Origin: a virus
Taxonomy: Duplodnaviria > Caudoviricetes
Reading direction: 5' to 3' (one strand)
DNA: 40,750 nt
Virus record (IMG/VR): IMGVR_UViG_3300020045_004126
Span: 1 to 40,750 of that record
A program made the position numbers and the translations under genes. Each line of letters begins with the position of its first letter. Positions within the stretch are counted from its first letter, which is position 1. The notes under the pieces are model-generated. The model did no database searches. It was not told where the DNA came from and saw only the letters and a list, made by a program, of their open reading frames with translations. Of this stretch, positions 26,603-35,797 are shown piece after piece.

Positions 26603-27238
26603 ATGAAAGTAAAAGTAACAATTGACCTGGCAGACAAGGCACAGGCTGCAGCATTTCAAAACCTTGTAAGCGCACAGGCGGCAGCGGCACAGCAGAAACC
26701 TATGTTTTTAGAAAAGGGCTACGGTAAAGGCGGATTAATACCGACCGACCACACCTTTACCGCAGAGCGAGTTTTATCAAAAGAATTAGAGGAGCAGTAT
26801 AAAGCGGACATAGCGCAGTACGCCGAGGCTAACCCACCCCCTACTGACGAAGATGTGGTAACCCTTATGCAACCGGCTACAAAGAAAACCCGTGCGCCAC
26901 GTAAAACGCAAGCAGCCGAAGAGCAGCCTGCCGATACCGCCGCAGCTGAAAACGTTGAGGTGAACGAACCCGAAGAGGTTACAGACGCAGCAACGAATAT
27001 TTTTGCTGAGAAACTGGCCGCTAAAAAAGAACTAGCCGAAGAGGTTGTGCATGATGAAAAACCTAATAACCCGGTAGAATACACCGAGCAGGAAGTGCGC
27101 CAGCTTGTAGCTGATAAGGTTAATGCGCACCGCCCGGTAATTGTTGCAAAGTTAAACGCTTTAGGCAGCAAAAGCGTAACACTACTGCCTAAAGAAAAAT
27201 ATGGCGAGTTAGTTGCCTTCTTAAACGGGTTAGACTAA
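26603..27238 (+). CDS. Hypothetical protein of APSE-type replication module
   Basis: AAACCATG start; Ala/Glu-rich linker and C-terminal helical domain; TAATG-coupled to nuclease. Confidence 0.75.
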   Translation: MKVKVTIDLADKAQAAAFQNLVSAQAAAAQQKPMFLEKGYGKGGLIPTDHTFTAERVLSKELEEQYKADIAQYAEANPPPTDEDVVTLMQPATKKTRAPRKTQAAEEQPADTAAAENVEVNEPEEVTDAATNIFAEKLAAKKELAEEVVHDEKPNNPVEYTEQEVRQLVADKVNAHRPVIVAKLNALGSKSVTLLPKEKYGELVAFLNGLD

Positions 27239-28443
27239 TGGACGCGGTAGACCACGGAGCCAGGAAGCACGCCCTGCTTTCGGCTTCGTCTGCCTCCCGT
27301 TGGCTGGCCTGCACACCCAGCGCACGGCTTGAGGATAAATACATGCAATCGAACAAAGAGAAGCCAAATGTATTTGCAGACGAGGGAACGCTGGCGCACG
27401 AGATAGCGGATTTAAAGCTGAAGCTGTACACAAACGGCATAAGCGAAACGGGTTTTAAAAAGGAAGCTGAGAAACTGAAAAAACACCCACTTTTCTACAA
27501 GGAAATGCTGGCTGAAGTAGATGTGTACGTCGACCTTGTACTTGAGACTTACGGTGCGGCAAAACACGAAGACCCCGCGGCCCTTTTATTTATCGAAGAG
27601 CGTTTAGATTTTTCGCACCTGGTAGAGCAGGGCTTTGGTACAGGGGATGCATGCATAATTTCCAACGGAGTACTTGAGGTTATCGACCTTAAATTCGGTA
27701 AAGGTGTAAAAGTAGATGCCGATAATAACCCGCAGCTTATGCTGTACGGTGCAGGGGCCTTAGCTGCTTATGATTTCCTTTACGACATTCACACGGTACG
27801 CCTTACAATTGTGCAGCCCCGGCTTTATCACGTATCTACATGGGTTATAAGCGTACAGGACTTAGAAGCGTGGGGGCAGAAAGTAGTAAGGCCACAAGCC
27901 GTAAAAGCTTATAAGGGCGAAGGCGTACAGAAAGCAGGCGACCACTGCAAATTTTGCAAGGTAAAGGCTATGTGCGCTACACTTGCCAGCGTTAACGTAA
28001 AACTCGCACAGCACGAATTTAAAGACCCGCACTACTTAACCGACCAGCAGATAGTCGATGTATTCAAGCAAATACCGATGCTGGTAGACTGGGCTAATGC
28101 AGTAGGCGATTACCTGCTACAGCAAGCCCTGCAAGGTAAAAAGGTACAGGGCTATAAAGTTGTAGAGGGCAGGAGTAACCGCCGATGGGTAGATGAGGAG
28201 CAGGTAGAGGCGGTATTGTTTAATCATACGTTTTTAGAAGAGGCAGAGTATACCGTTAAAAAACTTGCGGGCATACCAGCGATTGAGAAGCTATTAGGTA
28301 AAAAAGAATTTACCGAAACGCTGGGCAAGCTGGTAGATTTGCCACCTGGTAAGCCTACGCTTGTACCTGATACAGATAAGCGGCCAGCGTTCGACAGAAC
28401 GGCGCAGGCTATTAACGATTTTTCTAACGATATAAACGAATAG
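27238..28443 (+). CDS. DUF2800 PD-(D/E)XK (Cas4-like) nuclease
   Basis: HALLSASSASRWLACTPS, GTLAH, FGTGD, IDLKFG, QLMLY, HCKFC. Confidence 0.9.
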   Translation: MDAVDHGARKHALLSASSASRWLACTPSARLEDKYMQSNKEKPNVFADEGTLAHEIADLKLKLYTNGISETGFKKEAEKLKKHPLFYKEMLAEVDVYVDLVLETYGAAKHEDPAALLFIEERLDFSHLVEQGFGTGDACIISNGVLEVIDLKFGKGVKVDADNNPQLMLYGAGALAAYDFLYDIHTVRLTIVQPRLYHVSTWVISVQDLEAWGQKVVRPQAVKAYKGEGVQKAGDHCKFCKVKAMCATLASVNVKLAQHEFKDPHYLTDQQIVDVFKQIPMLVDWANAVGDYLLQQALQGKKVQGYKVVEGRSNRRWVDEEQVEAVLFNHTFLEEAEYTVKKLAGIPAIEKLLGKKEFTETLGKLVDLPPGKPTLVPDTDKRPAFDRTAQAINDFSNDINE

Positions 28444-28446
28444 GCT

Positions 28447-28659
28447 ATGTATTGTATTGATAACACGGGTATAGCTTGCGCGGTTATAGTTTTCGGCATA
28501 ATAGTAGGTGTCGCCATACTACTTATAAGCTCGCATATTTCCGACGTGAAAGACGAAGCGTATTACAAAGGTTTAGATAAGGCTGGCGAGTTTTACAAGG
28601 CGGGCTACGGTATAGGCTTGAGAGCCGCCAAAAATAAGCGCAGACCAAAAACGAATTAA
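28447..28659 (+). CDS. Small membrane protein
   Basis: N-terminal TM. Confidence 0.6.
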   Translation: MYCIDNTGIACAVIVFGIIVGVAILLISSHISDVKDEAYYKGLDKAGEFYKAGYGIGLRAAKNKRRPKTN

Positions 28660-28719
28660 AACTATTTTTATAAAAAAGTAAAAATAGTTTTGGCTAATTG
28701 AAAATAAGCAGTACATTTA
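28658..28719 (+). promoter_or_regulatory. Promoter variant with inverted boxes upstream of SSB
   Basis: AAAACTATTTTT 28658-28669 / AAAAATAGTTTT 28680-28691; TTTG 28689-28692, 19-nt spacer, TACATTTA. Confidence 0.65.
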
Positions 28720-28750
28720 CAAAAATTAATAACAACAAAATTTACGAGTT

Positions 28751-29278
28751 ATGAGTACAAGAGTTACGACGGGAACGGTGCGATTTAGTTACGCGAACGT
28801 GTTTAAGCCAAAGGCTATAAACGAAGGGCAGGAGCCAAAGTATAGTGTCGCTATACTGATACCTAAAAAAGATACCGCAACGGTTAAAAAGCTGCAAGCG
28901 GCTATTGACGAGGCTATCGAAACAGGTAAAACGAAATTAGGCAAGTTTGTGAAGACTACCCTAAAACTACCGCTAAGGGACGGCGACGAAGAGCGCCCCG
29001 ACGACGACGCGTACAAAGGGCATTACTTCATCAATGCCAATTCTACGCAAAAACCTGGTGTTGTAGATGCTTCCCTATCTGAGATAATTTCGCCCGACGA
29101 ATTTTACTCAGGATGCTACGGCCGTGCCAGTGTAAACTTTTACGCTTTCAACACAAACGGTAATAAGGGTGTAGCCGCAGGGCTCGGCAACTTACAGTTT
29201 TTGAAAGACGGTGAAAGGCTTTCGGGAGGTGCTTCAGCAGAGCAGGACTTTGCAGAAGACAGCGACGACATTTTGTAG
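28751..29278 (+). CDS. Single-stranded DNA-binding protein (DUF2815, T7 gp2.5-like)
   Basis: VRFSYANVF, PLRDGD, FYSGCYGRASVNFYAF, acidic C-tail. Confidence 0.9.
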   Translation: MSTRVTTGTVRFSYANVFKPKAINEGQEPKYSVAILIPKKDTATVKKLQAAIDEAIETGKTKLGKFVKTTLKLPLRDGDEERPDDDAYKGHYFINANSTQKPGVVDASLSEIISPDEFYSGCYGRASVNFYAFNTNGNKGVAAGLGNLQFLKDGERLSGGASAEQDFAEDSDDIL

Positions 29279-29287
29279 TTAACCGCT

Positions 29288-29316
29288 TAGGGCGTGCGTA
29301 TTTAAACGCCCTATTT
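29288..29316 (+). terminator. Hairpin after SSB (weak terminator or processing site)
   Basis: TAGGGCGT/ACGCCCTA then TTTATT. Confidence 0.5.
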
Positions 29317-29320
29317 ATTA

Positions 29321-29392
29321 GACCGGTTTGTGTAAGGGTAGCACGCTTTCACATAGAAATAAGTAGGGGTTCGAAGCCCTTGCCGGGGCTCA
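29321..29392 (+). tRNA. Degenerate tRNA-like element (CAT in anticodon loop)
   Basis: D-arm GTGT/GCAC, T-arm AGGGG-TTCGAAG-CCCTT, 5/7 acceptor pairs, shortened anticodon arm. Confidence 0.5.
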
Positions 29393-29483
29393 AAATACCT
29401 CACGCCTGTATTTTATTTTTATCAGCGCTAAAAAATACAGAGTTCTTTAAGAGGGTACGGGATAGAGTAACTCCTGATTTTAT

Positions 29484-29562
29484 AACCGGGACTCTTGAAG
29501 CGGAGCAACGTAAGAGGCAAAAGTTAAATCAAAGCCTTTAATACTTTTGCCCCCGGTTTTTT
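29484..29562 (+). ncRNA. Structured three-way-junction RNA in polymerase leader
   Basis: AACCGGG/CCCGGTT, CTCTT/AAGAG and GCAAAAGT/ACTTTTGC stems then T run. Confidence 0.5.
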
Positions 29563-29581
29563 AATTTGTAAATTTCAAACC

Positions 29582-31525
29582 ATGAAACTTCACATTGACA
29601 TTGAAACGTTCTCAAGCGAGGACATTAGAAACGTTGGCGCCTATAAGTACTTCGAGTCTCCCGACTTTGAGATATTAATGGTAGCCTATGCGTTTGACGA
29701 CGGCCCCGTGCAAATCGTAGACCTTGCAGCGGGTGAGGTATTACCCGAGTTTTTTATCTACTCCCTAACCGACCCGCTTGTAGAGAAGTATGCCCATAAC
29801 GCTAACTTCGAGCGTAACGCTTTCAAGGCGTACGGCTATGAAACGGATATATCAGAATGGCGATGCACGGCAATTAAATCCCTTTATTGCGGTTTACCTC
29901 AATCCCTGGATATGGTAAGTAAAGCCCTGAAGCTGGAAGAGAAAGGAAAATTATCAACAGGTAAAGCACTGATACGATATTTTTCTGTACCTTGTAAGCC
30001 CTCAAAAGCTAATGGAATGCGCAGTAGAAACTTTTATTTTCACGACTCCGTAAAATGGGAAGAGTTTAAACGCTACTGTATTGCCGACGTTGAAGCCGAA
30101 AGGGAAATATGTTCACGCCTTGCATACTTTGAAATACCTGATATTGAGCAAAAGGCTTACACCCTTGACCAGCAGATAAACGATCGCGGTGTGCGCATTG
30201 ATACGCAACTGGCAAGTATAGCGGTAGCAACTGACAAAAGATTTAGCGAAGAGCTAACAGTACGCATAAAGGAATTGACCGCCCTACAGAACCCAAACAG
30301 CCCGGCGCAGTTAAAGAAGTGGTTAAGCGATGCAACAGGCACAGACATAACGAGCCTTACTAAAGCAGCAGTAAACGACCTGCTTTCTGAAACAACTGAC
30401 GGGGCTGTTTTAGAGGTTCTCGAGGGCAGGCAAATGCTTTCCAAAACTTCAATAAAGAAGTATTTAAAAATGATGGACTGCGTTTGCGCAGACGGCAGGG
30501 CGCGCGGCCTGTTCCAGTTTTACGGAGCGAACCGCACAGGCCGCTGGGCAGGCAGGTTGATACAGTTGCAGAACCTGACGCGTAACCACATGAGTAATTT
30601 AGACGAGGTGCGAACAGTACTTTCTTTGAATGAATATAAAAAGTTTTTGTATTTAGTAGACAGCGTGCCGCAAGCATTGTCAGAACTTGTGCGCACGGCT
30701 TTAATACCTTCAGAGGGTAAGACCTTTGCCGTGTCAGATTTCAGTGCCATAGAGGCCCGTGTATTATCGTGGCTTGCTAATGAAAAGTGGCGGCTTGACG
30801 TGTTCAACACGCACGGCAAAATATATGAAGCGTCTGCTGCAATGATGTTCGGCATACCACTTGAAAGTATTGGTAAAGGGTCTGAATACAGGCAGCGGGG
30901 TAAAGTGGCAGAGCTTGCTTTGGGCTATCAGGGCGGCAAGGGTGCTATGGCAACGATGGACAGCGAAAAGAAAATACCTGAACACGAATATCAAATGATA
31001 GTTGATAAGTGGCGCAGGGCAAACCCTGAGATTGTGAAGCTATGGAAAAAGGTAAACGATTATGCAATTCATACTTTAGAAAATCCCGGCAAACGTTTTA
31101 AGCTCGATAAATTAACATTCGAGTATTCGCAAAAGGCGTTACAAATTGGCCTACCTTCGGGGCGTAAATTATTTTATTGGGACGCTAAACTCGTACCCGG
31201 TAAATTCGGCGGTAGCTCTATAGCTTATATGGGTATGGAGCAAACTAAAAAGGTATGGGGGCGTATCGACACCTACGGCGGCAAGCTGGTAGAGAATATC
31301 GTGCAGGCCATATCCCGCGATTTACTTTCTGAGTGTATGCTGCGATTAGACCAGCGAGGGGCTAAAATAGTAATGCACATACATGACGAGGTTGTTGTAG
31401 AGATTGGGGGCGTATTTTTAACCCTTGAATTTATAGAGCGAGAAATGGGCGAAGTGCCAAGCTGGGCAGCCGGGTTGCCACTTAACGCAGATGGATATGT
31501 TACTAACTTTTATAAAAAAGAATAA
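29582..31525 (+). CDS. polA: Family A DNA polymerase with 3'-5' exonuclease
   Basis: HIDIETFS, DFSAIEARV (motif A), RQRGKVAELALGY (motif B), HIHDEV (motif C). Confidence 0.95.
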   Translation: MKLHIDIETFSSEDIRNVGAYKYFESPDFEILMVAYAFDDGPVQIVDLAAGEVLPEFFIYSLTDPLVEKYAHNANFERNAFKAYGYETDISEWRCTAIKSLYCGLPQSLDMVSKALKLEEKGKLSTGKALIRYFSVPCKPSKANGMRSRNFYFHDSVKWEEFKRYCIADVEAEREICSRLAYFEIPDIEQKAYTLDQQINDRGVRIDTQLASIAVATDKRFSEELTVRIKELTALQNPNSPAQLKKWLSDATGTDITSLTKAAVNDLLSETTDGAVLEVLEGRQMLSKTSIKKYLKMMDCVCADGRARGLFQFYGANRTGRWAGRLIQLQNLTRNHMSNLDEVRTVLSLNEYKKFLYLVDSVPQALSELVRTALIPSEGKTFAVSDFSAIEARVLSWLANEKWRLDVFNTHGKIYEASAAMMFGIPLESIGKGSEYRQRGKVAELALGYQGGKGAMATMDSEKKIPEHEYQMIVDKWRRANPEIVKLWKKVNDYAIHTLENPGKRFKLDKLTFEYSQKALQIGLPSGRKLFYWDAKLVPGKFGGSSIAYMGMEQTKKVWGRIDTYGGKLVENIVQAISRDLLSECMLRLDQRGAKIVMHIHDEVVVEIGGVFLTLEFIEREMGEVPSWAAGLPLNADGYVTNFYKKE

Positions 31526-32262
31526 TGAAACACTCTGTACACTTAGGCGATTGCCTCGAGGTTATGAAAAGTATAACGGCCGGTAGTATAGATATGATAC
31601 TTTGTGATTTGCCTTATGGTACTACTCAAAATAAATGGGATAGCGTTATTCCTTTCGCCCTTTTGTGGGAGCAGTACGAACGGGTTATTAAAGATAATGG
31701 CGCCATAGTTTTGACGGCTGCACAGCCTTTCACTTCTGCTTTAATTATGAGTAATACTAAATTGTATAAATACAATTGGGTGTGGGTAAAAACACAAGCT
31801 AGCGGGCATCTAAATGCGTGGAGACAACCAATGCGGAGTACGGAGGACATTATCGTTTTTTATAAAAAACAGTGTCTATATAAGCCAATACTTGTCGATA
31901 AGCCCGTAAAAAATATAAGACCGGTATGTAGACAAAGTGGCACAAAAAGTGAAAACTATGGGAGCTATAAAGTAGGCGTAGGCTTTGACCGTAAATGCCC
32001 CCGGGATAAATCTATGCCTGATACATTACTAAAATTTGCAAACGACCAAAACGGCATGCACCCAACCCAAAAGCCTGTGGCCTTATTCGAGTACTTAATT
32101 AAAACATATACAAACGAAGGCGATACCGTTCTCGATAACTGCGCCGGCTCAGGAACTACAGGAGTAGCCTGTGAAAATACTGGCCGTAACTCTATACTTA
32201 TAGAGAAAGAGCAGAAGTATTACGATATTATTTTAAACCGCCTTTACCCTGATTTATTTTAA
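31525..32262 (+). CDS. DNA N6-adenine/N4-cytosine methyltransferase (beta class)
   Basis: DLPY, HPTQKP, VLDNCAGSGTT. Confidence 0.93.
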   Translation: MKHSVHLGDCLEVMKSITAGSIDMILCDLPYGTTQNKWDSVIPFALLWEQYERVIKDNGAIVLTAAQPFTSALIMSNTKLYKYNWVWVKTQASGHLNAWRQPMRSTEDIIVFYKKQCLYKPILVDKPVKNIRPVCRQSGTKSENYGSYKVGVGFDRKCPRDKSMPDTLLKFANDQNGMHPTQKPVALFEYLIKTYTNEGDTVLDNCAGSGTTGVACENTGRNSILIEKEQKYYDIILNRLYPDLF

Positions 32263-32265
32263 ACC

Positions 32266-34665
32266 ATGACAGATAAAATAGACATAGCAACCGGCTTGCG
32301 GTACAACTCGCCAAGCTGGAAAAATAAAAAGGTTACGTGGCCTGAGCTTGTGCAGATGCTAAGCCAAACGGTAAAGACGAACGAAACGCTTAAGGAGTTC
32401 TTAGGTGCAACCCGTGAGGAGCAACTACGTATCAAAGACGTAGGCGGTTTTGTGGGGGGCTACTTAAGAGGCGGCAAGCGTAAGCACGACACCGTTGTAC
32501 ACCGCCAACTACTTACGCTCGATATAGATTTCGCCCATAAGGATTTTTGGCAGGACTTTACGCTTGCAATGGACTGCGCTGCCGTGTTGCACGCCACGCA
32601 TAAACATTGCGAGGCTTCGCCCAGGTACCGACTTATCATACCGCTTAACCGTGAATGTACGCCCGACGAATACGTAGCAGCAGGCCGTAAAGTTGCAGGG
32701 GATTTAGGTATTGACCTTTTCGATAATACTACCTTCGAACCTAACCGCTTAATGTTTTGGCCTTCTACTCCTAAAGATATGGAGTACTATTTCAAAACGC
32801 AGGCAGGCCCTGCGGTAGACGTTGACGAGGTGCTGGCCACTTACGCCGACTGGAAGGACAGCAGCCTGTGGCCTACCTCACAAACTAAGTTCGACCAGGT
32901 ACGAGCGCACGCCGATAAGCAGGAAGACCCCGAAACTAAAAAAGGTATCGTAGGCGCATTCTGTAGGGCGTACACCATGACTGAGGCAATTACTAAATTC
33001 CTTACAGAAGAGTACCTGCCTACTGATATAGAGAACCGCTACACGTATTCTAAAAGTACAACGGCTGCGGGGCTTATTGTCTACGACGACAAATTCGCAT
33101 TCTCGCACCACGGTACAGACCCGTGCAGCGGCAAGCTGTCAAACGCTTTCGACCTGGTACGCGTCCACCGCTTCGGGCATTTAGACGAAGGGCTTACCAG
33201 CGGCAAGGCTACCAAAAGCTACAAGGCTATGGACGACTTCGCCCGTGAGGACAAGGCCGTGCGCAAGCTAATTGCTTCCGATACCCTTAGCGATGCGCGC
33301 TACGACTTTAACGAGGATATGCCCGAGGACTTAAGCGAAGCAGACCCCGAGGCTGAGGACATTACTTGGATGCAGGACTTAGAAATCGACGGGCGTAAAA
33401 ATTACCTGTCGAGTGCTACAAACCTCAACCTGATATTTGCCAACGACCACAGGCTTAAAAAGTTGTTCAGGTTAAATGACTTTGATAGTAAGCGCTATGT
33501 GTTTAATAACCTACCATGGCGTAAAGTGCCAAAGCCGGAACCCGTACGCAATGTAGACTACTCTGGTATTCGCAACTACATCGAAAGTATTTACGGTATT
33601 ACCGGCGCGCAAAAGATTGAGGACAGTATAAGCCTGGAATTTGAAAAAAACCACTTCCACCCAGTAGGGGACTATTTAAGGGGGTTAACGTGGGATGGGG
33701 TGCCGCGTATCGATACGCTGCTTATAAACCTATTCGGGGCAGAAGATACCCAGTACACCCGCGAGGCTATGCGTAAATGGCTGGTAGGCGGGGTAGCCCG
33801 TGTGATGCAGCCGGGCATTAAGTTTGAGCTTGTGCTGGTATTAGTTGGTGCGCAGATACAGGGGGCGGGTAAAAGTTCGTTCCTGAAGGCGTTAGGCCGC
33901 CAATGGTTTAGCGATAGCTTCAGCACGCTACAGGGCAAAGAGTCTTTCGAGCAATTGCAAGGCGCATGGATCATTGAAATGGCAGAACTCGCCGGGCTAA
34001 AGAACGCCGAGGTAGAAGGCATAAGGCACTTCATATCTAAACAAGAGGACTCGTTCAGGCCAGCGTATGGCAGGACAACCGAGACATACCCACGCCAAAG
34101 CATATTTGGCGGCACCACAAACCGGCGCGACTTTCTTAAAGACCCTGTAGGTAACCGCCGCTTTATGCCGATTGATACCAAACCCGTAAAGCTGGTAGAT
34201 AACCCTGAGTTATGGGCGTTCATAAATGACGAGGCTACTATTAACCAGGTATGGGCAGAAGCCGTAACGCTGTACAAAGCCAAAGAGCCGCTATACTTAA
34301 GCCATGACGCCGAGGCAATCGCAGCAGTGGAGCAGATGAAGCACAGCGAAACTGACGAGCGCAAGGGCATAATCGAGCAGTACCTTAACACGCCGCTGCC
34401 TAAAGACTGGGATAGTAAAGATGAATACGACCGCAGGGCGTATTTTGCTGACCCGCTTGTAAAGGGTACTGAAGCACGGGAGTACGTTTGCACTGCTGAG
34501 ATATGGTGCGAATGTTTAGGCAAAAAGCGTGAAGACCTCGACCCCTACAAATCCAGGGAGCTGAATACGATTGTAAGGAATATAGAAGGCTGGGAGTTTA
34601 TCAATTCGACCCGTAACTTTAGCCTTTACGGCAAACAGAAATATTATCAAAAATCTAATAAATAA
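32266..34665 (+). CDS. Primase-helicase (N-terminal primase-like domain plus VirE/VapE SF3 ATPase)
   Basis: LTLDID, THKH...PRYRL; Walker A QGAGKS; IIEMAEL; GTTN; GNRRF. Confidence 0.9.
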   Translation: MTDKIDIATGLRYNSPSWKNKKVTWPELVQMLSQTVKTNETLKEFLGATREEQLRIKDVGGFVGGYLRGGKRKHDTVVHRQLLTLDIDFAHKDFWQDFTLAMDCAAVLHATHKHCEASPRYRLIIPLNRECTPDEYVAAGRKVAGDLGIDLFDNTTFEPNRLMFWPSTPKDMEYYFKTQAGPAVDVDEVLATYADWKDSSLWPTSQTKFDQVRAHADKQEDPETKKGIVGAFCRAYTMTEAITKFLTEEYLPTDIENRYTYSKSTTAAGLIVYDDKFAFSHHGTDPCSGKLSNAFDLVRVHRFGHLDEGLTSGKATKSYKAMDDFAREDKAVRKLIASDTLSDARYDFNEDMPEDLSEADPEAEDITWMQDLEIDGRKNYLSSATNLNLIFANDHRLKKLFRLNDFDSKRYVFNNLPWRKVPKPEPVRNVDYSGIRNYIESIYGITGAQKIEDSISLEFEKNHFHPVGDYLRGLTWDGVPRIDTLLINLFGAEDTQYTREAMRKWLVGGVARVMQPGIKFELVLVLVGAQIQGAGKSSFLKALGRQWFSDSFSTLQGKESFEQLQGAWIIEMAELAGLKNAEVEGIRHFISKQEDSFRPAYGRTTETYPRQSIFGGTTNRRDFLKDPVGNRRFMPIDTKPVKLVDNPELWAFINDEATINQVWAEAVTLYKAKEPLYLSHDAEAIAAVEQMKHSETDERKGIIEQYLNTPLPKDWDSKDEYDRRAYFADPLVKGTEAREYVCTAEIWCECLGKKREDLDPYKSRELNTIVRNIEGWEFINSTRNFSLYGKQKYYQKSNK

Positions 34666-34670
34666 AAACC

Positions 34671-35039
34671 ATGTTAAAATTTAAACCTTTAAATATTACC
34701 GAAGAGGACATACGCAATCAACAAGACCCTGAAGTATTGAGAGATTGGCAAGAGGCTATGCTTATAGAATTAGCCGAAGTTAAAACAAGAGTAGCCTCTA
34801 TGAAAGCCAGAGCAACGGAAGGGAACTACGCCCCTCCACGATACTATAACTCACAGCAAACCCTTCAAAGAGCCATAGGATTAATGATTGAAATAGTTAA
34901 AAGGCAACTATCAAAATTTAATTCCGCCAACCCTAAAAGACACATAAACCATTACTTTGTAGAAGCAGCACGGGCGGTACTTTCTCCTGAAGTATTTCAG
35001 CAGATAAACCAACAAGCGGAAAAAAATTTCAATGAGTAA
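34671..35039 (+). CDS. Hypothetical helical protein
   Basis: AAACCATG start, 122 aa. Confidence 0.75.
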   Translation: MLKFKPLNITEEDIRNQQDPEVLRDWQEAMLIELAEVKTRVASMKARATEGNYAPPRYYNSQQTLQRAIGLMIEIVKRQLSKFNSANPKRHINHYFVEAARAVLSPEVFQQINQQAEKNFNE

Positions 35040-35197
35040 TGACACTACAAAGCAAAATTAACTTTGAAACCCCCGAAGAGTATGAGCAGTACCGTAAGCG
35101 AGAAAGTCGTTTGGAATTCATTGAAGCGTACCGTAGAGGACGGGCTGAACGGATGGCTTATAAAGCTGCCTACAATCCATATAACAGGATTGCCTGA
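35039..35197 (+). CDS. Possible overprinted 52-aa protein
   Basis: TAATG-coupled; open through 116 nt of the VRR-NUC gene in another frame. Confidence 0.4.
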   Translation: MTLQSKINFETPEEYEQYRKRESRLEFIEAYRRGRAERMAYKAAYNPYNRIA

Positions 35198-35366
35198 CGG
35201 CCTGTGCCTGTTACCCGGCGGGGTAGTTGTCTTCGTGGAGACGAAGCGTAAAGGCAAAACGCCGACAAAGATACAAACTTTAGTACATAACAAATTGCGA
35301 CGGCTGGGCTTCCGCGTTGAAGTGGCAGACACCGCCGAGCAGATTAAAAATATATTTAAACCATGA
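35082..35366 (+). CDS. VRR-NUC nuclease (Holliday junction resolvase-like)
   Basis: SEK, GLPD, FVETK, Q...H..L..LGF motifs. Confidence 0.9.
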   Translation: MSSTVSEKVVWNSLKRTVEDGLNGWLIKLPTIHITGLPDGLCLLPGGVVVFVETKRKGKTPTKIQTLVHNKLRRLGFRVEVADTAEQIKNIFKP

Positions 35367-35797
35367 GAAACGCGCAACTAAAACAGAAAGCTATACAGAA
35401 AGCTATACAGGAGGCGTATGGGGAGCATTGGGAAACAGTTAAAGACTTTGTGAATGCTGATGGGTGGATTAGAGACAGGGATGTTGATTTAATTTCAGAT
35501 ACGCCTATGCAATTTAGCACACATGATAATGCTTGGTACGACACCCGCCGCCCGCTATCGCTTAAAGGCATTGAGTCTAATATGGGCTGGACACGCATAG
35601 AGCCTGACGGTAGTAATTTGCCTGCTAAATCAGGCAAATACCATGTAGTGTTTAAAAGCGGCAACACAGACATAGCAACCTACAACGATTTTTATAATAA
35701 ATGGATGGTTACGGGAGCTCATTACTTATCCTCTACAGGTGACGTAAATATCACCCACTATCGCCCCATTATTGAAGTACCTAAACCCGTTTATTAA
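35363..35797 (+). CDS. Hypothetical protein
   Basis: AAACCATGA start; W...LP...ITHYRP motif (DUF551-like). Confidence 0.75.
   Translation: MRNAQLKQKAIQKAIQEAYGEHWETVKDFVNADGWIRDRDVDLISDTPMQFSTHDNAWYDTRRPLSLKGIESNMGWTRIEPDGSNLPAKSGKYHVVFKSGNTDIATYNDFYNKWMVTGAHYLSSTGDVNITHYRPIIEVPKPVY

Noticed and set aside
27238-28443. Cas4-like nuclease as part of a CRISPR-Cas system
   Set aside because: It is the standard DUF2800 member of the SSB-PolA replication module; no other cas genes
29393-29460. Theta (HDV-like) ribozyme after the tRNA-like element
   Set aside because: CCTCACGC resembles an HDV L3 loop, but the P1/P2/P3 nested pseudoknot could not be built by eye
33672-34523. 283-aa minus-strand ORF and other minus-strand ORFs in the track
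   Set aside because: Antisense shadows of well-supported + strand genes; no motifs, promoters or start context
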